DNA of 64,000 bases from a virus (Duplodnaviria > Caudoviricetes): positions 192,001-256,000 of IMG/VR virus record IMGVR_UViG_3300028591_000070. The stretch is one strand, 5' to 3'. This document shows, one piece after another, positions 57,678-64,000 of the stretch. The translations under genes and the position numbers were made by a program. Numbering within the stretch: position 1 is the stretch's first letter; each line of letters starts with the position of its first letter. A model generated the notes under the pieces. It did not search any database, was not told where the DNA came from, and was given only the letters and a program-made list of their open reading frames with translations.

Positions 57678-57878
57678 CTAAGCATTCTTAGGCTTAACAA
57701 CTGTGTTTTCACTCGCAAAAGGAGCAACTAATAAATCACTAATCACTCCAGATGCAAGATTACCTGCAAATTCACAGCCAATCTTAAAGCCTACAATTAA
57801 AGCATCCACCTGTTGCTTAGGATAACCCTGAGCCATATAAGCCTGCTCAAGTTTAGAAATATATTCAGGAATAGTCAT
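57678..57878 (-). CDS. small middle hypothetical protein
   Basis: GTTAATAT at 57886-57893. Confidence 0.65.
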   Translation of the reverse strand: MTIPEYISKLEQAYMAQGYPKQQVDALIVGFKIGCEFAGNLASGVISDLLVAPFASENTVVKPKNA

Positions 57879-57924
57879 AAAAATAATATTAACATGGGGC
57901 GTTTTTAATTTTACTAATTAAAGT

Positions 57925-59118
57925 ATGTTAGGAAGTCCAAATCTAGTTTCTGCAGCTTGGAGAAGTCAAAGTGGTGATAAAAATGACCCATTAACTGACT
58001 ATCAGGGATATAAAAATATTTATATTTCCGACCCAAAATTTGAAAATTATTATATAAATCATGTCTCTGTTCCAAACCCTGTAGTAGATGCTATGGACTC
58101 ATCTATTGCAGGTGAAGGCTCTCATGCACAAGAAAGTGTAAACTATTTTAGGACTATAGATATTAAAATTGTTCAAGATGCTGGAGCTTATACTAGTTGG
58201 TATGCTAATAAAACAAAAGGATGGGGAAATTGGCGAAGTAACAGTATAAAAGTTGATGATAGAGTTACTCTCTATATAGATGACCTTTCTAAAATAGGAA
58301 TGACTTATTCTCAAAACTTTGGTTATGCTTGGGATGAAATTGCTGGATCAGGAGCTATTGGTAAAGTAGCTGATATGGCCAAGAAAATCCAAAATAATGC
58401 AGCTATGTTAGCAGCTGCTAATGGAAGTTCAATGGATGTTGATTCTTCTACTCCAATGGGAAAATATCAAAAAGTACCATATATTAAGTCAGTAGAACCT
58501 TTTAAGATTGAGCCATCTTCTTTAACATTTAATTTCAACTTTGGGCAAGCAGGTATTTTTAGTGGTGAACAAGAAGTTGTAAGACCTATTTTAGCTTTAG
58601 CTCGTATCTTTTTACCTTATCAATCACCTTATAAAGAAGATGGAACAGGTGGAGATTGGTTAAATTTAGCTGCTCCTACTCAAGCTCAAGTATATGCCAA
58701 TATTGCCTCTGTTATGGGTGGTTTTATTAGTGAGCAAGGAAAAAACTTATCTGATAAACTTTCTGAAATGGGAAGTGCATTAAAAGAAGATTTTGATATT
58801 TCTCATCCAGTCGACTCTACTAAAAAAGCATTAGGAGATGGAGCTGCTGCAGCTTCAAATATAGCTACTACATTTATTAAAGGCTTATATAAACGTATTG
58901 ACCAAGGCCTTAAAACATCAATGGAGAAGAATAGTAAAAGTATTATTCTTAGAATAGGCCGCTATCAATTGCCACCTTGTTTTCCAAGTAGTGTTTCGTG
59001 GAATTTTGATTTTACACAAGTTGATGAGTATGGATTCCCAAGAGGTGGTACTATTACTTTTGAAGGACTTCAGTCACCTAAATGTGGTGAACTTACTGAT
59101 ATTGGTTTATTATCTTAA
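57925..59118 (+). CDS. putative baseplate/tail-tube initiator protein
   Basis: ACTAAT at 57913; LTFNFNF...LRIG...SVSWNFD...GFP tube-fold-like pattern; adjacent to tape-measure-like gene. Confidence 0.55.
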   Translation: MLGSPNLVSAAWRSQSGDKNDPLTDYQGYKNIYISDPKFENYYINHVSVPNPVVDAMDSSIAGEGSHAQESVNYFRTIDIKIVQDAGAYTSWYANKTKGWGNWRSNSIKVDDRVTLYIDDLSKIGMTYSQNFGYAWDEIAGSGAIGKVADMAKKIQNNAAMLAAANGSSMDVDSSTPMGKYQKVPYIKSVEPFKIEPSSLTFNFNFGQAGIFSGEQEVVRPILALARIFLPYQSPYKEDGTGGDWLNLAAPTQAQVYANIASVMGGFISEQGKNLSDKLSEMGSALKEDFDISHPVDSTKKALGDGAAAASNIATTFIKGLYKRIDQGLKTSMEKNSKSIILRIGRYQLPPCFPSSVSWNFDFTQVDEYGFPRGGTITFEGLQSPKCGELTDIGLLS

Positions 59119-62100
59119 AGTTGAAGCTTCCTGATCTGTCCAAGTTTTTCCTTCCTTAAGACTTTCAATTGCATTTAAGATTCTTTCAAGCATTGCTTCA
59201 AGATTACTATTATCAACATTTACATTAGTTGTAGGAGTATTCTTTTTATTTTCGGCACCCATTGCAGAACTACTTGTTTCTCTAAAGTTGAGAGAGCCTT
59301 CAATACCTAAAGTTTTAGCAATACTAGATGAGTCTATTTTTGAGAATCTTTCTAGAGCATCTGTTAGTCTATCAACTTTATTTATCATATCATCTGCATT
59401 CTTATTCATTTTAATATTGAACAATGTTGTAATAGCAGTTTTAATTTCTTTTGCTTTCTTGTTTAAGCCATCACCTTCTGGTAAACTTTGAAGTCTTTCA
59501 ATTCCAGGCATAATTGATTCTATATTTGCATTAAACTTATTGCCATCAATTGTGTCTATTTGAGATGTGAGTTCATTTACTCCAGCAATTGCATTTTTAA
59601 TTGCTTTTGTATTAGGAGAAGCTTTCATACTTTGTATTTTGTTTAAGGCATCTAAGAAGATTGAAATACCATCTAAGTTGATACCCTTTAATTGATCACT
59701 TAAATTTCTCATAGGGCCTACTGAGTCTGACATTTTATTGATTAAATCTGCTACAGTAGTTCCCATCTTATCTGAAACCCAAGATGCTGCTGCTTCATGA
59801 ACACTTGCCAATAATCCAGGACTTCTTGCTTTTTCTGCAATCAATTCCATAGTATCTAAGTATTTTATAACAGCTTCTGTATCAACTCCATTTTTAGATA
59901 ATTCAGTGAGCTGTTCCATTGCATCTAATGATTTTTTAAGTGTTGAGAAGAATAAACTCATAAGAACAGCTGAAATAGTACCTAATAAGAAATGGATAGT
60001 ACCACCTACTAAAGTTTTAGCTGCAATAACAGCTCCTGCTAAGAATGGAATTAAGCCATATTTACTCTGGAATGGCTTTAAGATATTATCACCATACATA
60101 GCATCCACTAAGTTTGGGTCAGATCTCTTTCCAAAGAATTTTGCAACCTTTGAAAATATAAATAATGCTGGTGTTAAAGTTATAAGTACAGCTGAAATTA
60201 AAGTAGCACCAACCATGGCAATTGGACCTAACGCAGCTGTTAAACCTAATAAACTAATAGTAAGGGTCATTGCGTTTACAAAACCTAAAATACCAGTCTT
60301 AGCTAATGCTGGATTTGTCTCTGTAAATAATGGCTCATTACCCAGCATTTCTGATATAGCTTTGAAAGGTAATGCAACCATAGCCAACATGGTAATTGCA
60401 GCCATAATAGGTGGTAAACTAGCCATAGCAATTATAGCTGCAGGAGCGGTTACTGCTGTAGCCGCAAATGGAAGGGCCATAAGAGTGATATTTTTAGCAG
60501 ATAATTTAATCTGGTCTTTATCTATTTTACTTAATGCTGAAACAGCAACTTTAGATCCAACAGCAAAAGCAGCTAACATTAAAGCTGCAGGCATAGATGT
60601 TGCCATAGCCAATAAAGCGACTGGACCAACTAAAGCTAAAGGCATAGTAGCAGTGAATAAGCCAATAAGACCTGGGCCTTCATCTCCACCAGCCATAACA
60701 GTTACAGCATGTTGGATATCAGTTGGATTTATCATTGCTAAAGTTTTCAAAGCAAGGAATGCAGTTAATGCGAATGTAGTTGTAAGAATAGCTGCAGCCA
60801 CTCCTAATGCTAATGGAGCCATAACATACATGGCTGCCGCACCTAATAAAGCTGTAACTGCCATAACTCCAACAAATCCTAAAACAGCTATCATAGCAAC
60901 TCCAACCATTTTAGGAGTAATTGAACTTAATGCCTTTAATGCGACGAACGCTAAACCTGCAAATACAGTAGTGAGTACGGCCGCTAATAAACCTTGAGCA
61001 ATCTTATCTGTCATTTTGCCCATTAGATTTAAGGCAAAAGTCATGCCTATAGCAAATAGTCCAAGGGCTGCTGCTCCAACTAATGCTTTAACAGCAATAG
61101 GAGTTATCAATGAAGTTATAATCATTGAGACAGAGGTAAGAGTAACTAACAGAACGATGGCTTTAATGGCTCTTGTACTTTTCTGTATTTTCTTTAAGTC
61201 AAATTTATCTGAAACAAAATCTAGAAATATCGCTAATTCCTTTACAAAAAACTTTGCAGCCATTGCTCCAAATTTACCTAATATTGCAAATGGAGTTATA
61301 ATAGCAAAAGTTTTACAAGTTTTTAAGGTATTCACAGCGATGTCTTTGATACTCTCCATTGATTTAGCTAAACTTTTAATTTTTGATAGCTTCATATCTT
61401 CAAGAGTATCTATCAAAGGCTGAATACCTTTTGTAAAGAAACTTTTTATATTTTTTACTGAGCTAATAGCCAATTTAGAAATTAAACTAGACTTAATAAT
61501 GGCTTTCATAGAGTCATTGATACATGATGCTGCAAGAGCTAGATTTGTAGCAAAATTACCAATATTATCTCCCATACCACTAAGCCGTTCAAGATATTTA
61601 TCCATATCATCTAGTTTGGCGTTTGCTTTTTTGAAGTTTATAAAATGTGTAAGTGCATTTAAGGATATAACTTGTTTTACAACTTGACCAAAGTTTGCAG
61701 TAATAGAACCCATTTGCTTTGTAAACTTTTCAGAGTTCTTTGTATTAACTTTAGTATGAGTAGTTTTATCCATAGACTCAGTAAGTTCATCCAATCTTTT
61801 CTGAGTATCTTTGAACACACCTATATCTAATGGCTTTTGATTTGAAACAAAGTTTGTTAATTCTTGAAAATCTTTAATATATTTTTTAGAGTTTTCAACA
61901 TTAGATCCTAAAACAATAACTCCTGCTGCTGAAATAGGATTATTTTTAGAAGCAGTTATTTCTTTTACAGGCTTATTTAAGATTTTAATAATATCATCTA
62001 TTTTGGCACCCAAATATAAAGCAGGAGTACCATATTTTGCAGCCAATTTTTTAACATCATTTATTTTATCAGTTGGTTTCTGGAAATGTTCTTTTGGCTC

Positions 62101-62346
62101 TTCTGGAGTTTTAGGTTCATTAGCAAATATTTCATTAACAATTGACTGGCCTGTTGCTTGTAAAGTTTCTTTTAATACTTGTCTAAAAGACTCTGGCATA
62201 TCTTTAATAGCTTGCATAAGCTCAGATTGCTCATCTTTTTTAAAGAGTTTTTTAGTATCATCTCCTTTAGGTGTTAATCCAATACCTTCAAGGGATTTTG
62301 TATTGAGTGTTACTTTATCTGCATTAAGGGTAATTCCATCAGGCAT
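59110..62346 (-). CDS. tape measure-like protein
   Basis: 1078 aa, helical, long Ala/Gly/Leu-rich hydrophobic central region; ACTAAT at 62353-62358. Confidence 0.65.
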   Translation of the reverse strand: MPDGITLNADKVTLNTKSLEGIGLTPKGDDTKKLFKKDEQSELMQAIKDMPESFRQVLKETLQATGQSIVNEIFANEPKTPEEPKEHFQKPTDKINDVKKLAAKYGTPALYLGAKIDDIIKILNKPVKEITASKNNPISAAGVIVLGSNVENSKKYIKDFQELTNFVSNQKPLDIGVFKDTQKRLDELTESMDKTTHTKVNTKNSEKFTKQMGSITANFGQVVKQVISLNALTHFINFKKANAKLDDMDKYLERLSGMGDNIGNFATNLALAASCINDSMKAIIKSSLISKLAISSVKNIKSFFTKGIQPLIDTLEDMKLSKIKSLAKSMESIKDIAVNTLKTCKTFAIITPFAILGKFGAMAAKFFVKELAIFLDFVSDKFDLKKIQKSTRAIKAIVLLVTLTSVSMIITSLITPIAVKALVGAAALGLFAIGMTFALNLMGKMTDKIAQGLLAAVLTTVFAGLAFVALKALSSITPKMVGVAMIAVLGFVGVMAVTALLGAAAMYVMAPLALGVAAAILTTTFALTAFLALKTLAMINPTDIQHAVTVMAGGDEGPGLIGLFTATMPLALVGPVALLAMATSMPAALMLAAFAVGSKVAVSALSKIDKDQIKLSAKNITLMALPFAATAVTAPAAIIAMASLPPIMAAITMLAMVALPFKAISEMLGNEPLFTETNPALAKTGILGFVNAMTLTISLLGLTAALGPIAMVGATLISAVLITLTPALFIFSKVAKFFGKRSDPNLVDAMYGDNILKPFQSKYGLIPFLAGAVIAAKTLVGGTIHFLLGTISAVLMSLFFSTLKKSLDAMEQLTELSKNGVDTEAVIKYLDTMELIAEKARSPGLLASVHEAAASWVSDKMGTTVADLINKMSDSVGPMRNLSDQLKGINLDGISIFLDALNKIQSMKASPNTKAIKNAIAGVNELTSQIDTIDGNKFNANIESIMPGIERLQSLPEGDGLNKKAKEIKTAITTLFNIKMNKNADDMINKVDRLTDALERFSKIDSSSIAKTLGIEGSLNFRETSSSAMGAENKKNTPTTNVNVDNSNLEAMLERILNAIESLKEGKTWTDQEASTLR

Positions 62347-62401
62347 AATTTAATTAGTAAAATCATGACTGTTAATATTTTTTGTATAGGAGAAAATATT
62401 A

Positions 62402-63595
62402 ATGACCGAGAATGGTATTGAAATGAAATCAGATTGGTTTATCACAGATGCTCCAAAACAGTTATCTGATGTTAAATCTCAAGACACAATTATTAAGTAT
62501 TACACAAAAAAATTTGCTTCAGGTTCAATGGATAAAAATACAATGTTCCTTGGACAGTTTGGTTCTGGTAAAACAGTTATGGCCAAAATTATCGCAAAGT
62601 CATTGGTATGTAAAGACCTTGATGCTGGTGGAAATCCTTGTGATAAGTGTGCAGCTTGTCAGGCAATCAATAATGAAACTTATAACCGTGATTGTCTCTA
62701 TATTGATGCTGAAAAAATGAGTGCTCAGGATGTTCGTGATGAAGTTGAAAAGTTTACAGCGACAAGAGCTATTCGTGACCGTAATAAGGTAATTATTTGT
62801 GATGAAGCTCAGGCACTTTCAAAAGAAGCAGTTGAAGCCTTCCTTACAGTAACTCAGAATCCAAAACCTGGTTTTTATTTTATTTTTACAGCAATGTCAA
62901 AACTTCAGGGACCAAAGGCCGGAGCTCTTCAGTCACGTTGTAAAGTTTGGAAAATGAAGACACCTCAGGTTGATGATACTTATATGTATTTGGCATCAAT
63001 TGCTCAGAAGAAAAACCTTATTGCTGACACTTCAGTTCCAAAAGAATTCTGGACAGATGGCTTGAAATTTATCGCACAGAATTCAGAGTATTCTTTCCGT
63101 AAAGGTATTCAAATGCTTGAACAGTGTTATGAAGGAAGAATCTTTACTCAGAAAGAAATGGAAGAGACTTTTGGTCTTGTCTCATATGATGATGCTGTTG
63201 CAGCACTTATCCAATTTGGAAATAAGGAAATCACTCGTACAACTTGGAATATTGTAAACGGTGAAGATTATATCGACAAGTTTAATCTTTTGATTAAGAT
63301 TATTGGTGATGCTCAGGCAGTAAAAACATTTGGTACTGAATTTATTGAAGAAGGTGACAAATGGAAGTGGGATCAAGCCGTTCAGCTTTCTAAGACAAAA
63401 TACTTTGATGAAATGCGTGATGTATTTATGGAATTAGGAAAACAAGCTTGGTTGAAAAATGGTACTTGGAGAAGTTCTCTTGCATTATATCTTGAGTCTG
63501 GTACAAAAGCAGGTGAAGCTCCAAAACCTGAGCATTTGCAGGAAACAGTTCCACCTACAACAGGAAGACGTAGAAGGGTAGCAGTAGCAGAATAA
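62402..63595 (+). CDS. dnaX: clamp loader, DNA polymerase III gamma/tau-like
   Basis: GQFGSGKT Walker A, C...PCDKCAAC zinc site, IICDEAQ Walker B, LQSRC. Confidence 0.88.
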   Translation: MTENGIEMKSDWFITDAPKQLSDVKSQDTIIKYYTKKFASGSMDKNTMFLGQFGSGKTVMAKIIAKSLVCKDLDAGGNPCDKCAACQAINNETYNRDCLYIDAEKMSAQDVRDEVEKFTATRAIRDRNKVIICDEAQALSKEAVEAFLTVTQNPKPGFYFIFTAMSKLQGPKAGALQSRCKVWKMKTPQVDDTYMYLASIAQKKNLIADTSVPKEFWTDGLKFIAQNSEYSFRKGIQMLEQCYEGRIFTQKEMEETFGLVSYDDAVAALIQFGNKEITRTTWNIVNGEDYIDKFNLLIKIIGDAQAVKTFGTEFIEEGDKWKWDQAVQLSKTKYFDEMRDVFMELGKQAWLKNGTWRSSLALYLESGTKAGEAPKPEHLQETVPPTTGRRRRVAVAE

Positions 63596-63852
63596 TGACA
63601 ACTATCGAAATTATTGAAAAAGAAAGATTAGAATTAGCTAAAAATGATGATTGTGATACAAAACAATATATGTCTAATGAATTTTTCTATGAAAAACTTT
63701 ATAATCAAATTCATTGGGATAAAAATCACATGACAACTGAAGGTGAAATTTCAAAACTTGCTCTTAGAGCTATGATAGAAATGGCTTATAGAGAAGGTAA
63801 AATAGATGGTCTAGAAAGAGCATCTGAAATTATAATTCAAAATCAGTCATAA
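63595..63852 (+). CDS. hypothetical protein
   Basis: TAATG-coupled 85 aa ORF. Confidence 0.65.
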   Translation: MTTIEIIEKERLELAKNDDCDTKQYMSNEFFYEKLYNQIHWDKNHMTTEGEISKLALRAMIEMAYREGKIDGLERASEIIIQNQS

Positions 63853-63856
63853 AAAT

Positions 63857-63882
63857 AAAGCTCCTCAAATGAGGAGCTTTTT
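63857..63882. terminator. bidirectional intrinsic terminator
   Basis: AAAGCTCCTC-aaat-GAGGAGCTTTTT. Confidence 0.75.
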
Positions 63883-63887
63883 ATTTA

Positions 63888-64000
63888 CTACATATTTTTG
63901 ATGTCATCTTCAAGAGACTTAAACTTTTCCATCATTTCTTTCATGCAGTCTTTCCAGCCACGTTTATATGACTCAGTATCGATACCTTCATCTACTGGTT
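63888..64000 (-). CDS. hypothetical protein (3' end only)
   Basis: Open frame ...SYKRGWKDCMKEMMEKFKSLEDDIKNM* converging on the terminator. Confidence 0.55.
   Translation of the reverse strand, partial: PVDEGIDTESYKRGWKDCMKEMMEKFKSLEDDIKNM

Noticed and set aside
2440-58314. Short ORFs antisense or out of frame within known genes (for example 2440..2730, 7364..7672, 32526..32984, 55704..56081)
   Set aside because: Fully overlap better-supported genes and lack promoter motifs or recognisable domains.
59288-62353. Long plus-strand ORFs (59906..60997, 61016..61423, 62003..62353 and others)
   Set aside because: Antisense shadows of the Ala-rich tape-measure-like gene; no promoter or SD.
1-64000. 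Alternative genetic code (TAG or TGA recoding, as in Lak or some crAss-like phages)
   Set aside because: Conserved genes are full length in code 11, coding density is high, and TAG ends several genes cleanly (for example TAG followed by TGA at 34724 and TAG-TAA at 63888).
1-64000. CRISPR arrays, tRNAs, rRNA, integrase/transposase
   Set aside because: No regularly spaced direct repeats, tRNA cloverleaf/T-loop patterns or mobile-element enzyme motifs were seen.

Overview
AT-rich, densely coding 64 kb segment of a large T4-like/jumbo tailed-phage genome in genetic code 11. The host is probably a gut or rumen anaerobe, with weak hints of a spirochaete. Replication genes: a family-A DNA polymerase broken into distant fragments, FEN/RNase H, gp32-like SSB, clamp and DnaX-like clamp loader, two-subunit topoisomerase II, RecB/Cas4-like nuclease, dUTPase, Dam and an AEP-like primase. 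Also present: tail/baseplate and internal-head proteins, two sigma-like factors, and auxiliary genes (MetK, bS21, Rmf-like protein, membrane GGDEF cyclase, glycosyltransferases, class II nucleotidyltransferase). Highlights: (i) a tandem array of nine paralogous radical-SAM enzymes with N-terminal Twitch/SPASM-like cysteines, driven by three divergent late-type promoters (46.7-54.4 kb); (ii) a PolA split into at least three pieces, with motif A absent from both fragments here and a degenerate intein (Hint)-like tail; (iii) three recurring promoter motifs (GTATATTCT, GTTAATAT, ACTAAW) that track gene function and often sit a few nt from the ATG, implying leaderless or near-leaderless mRNAs; (iv) six small paralogues resembling the C-terminal antitoxin domain of Rpn defence nucleases; (v) a GC-rich structured ncRNA candidate. 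All functional calls come from motif recognition by eye; no searches were run.
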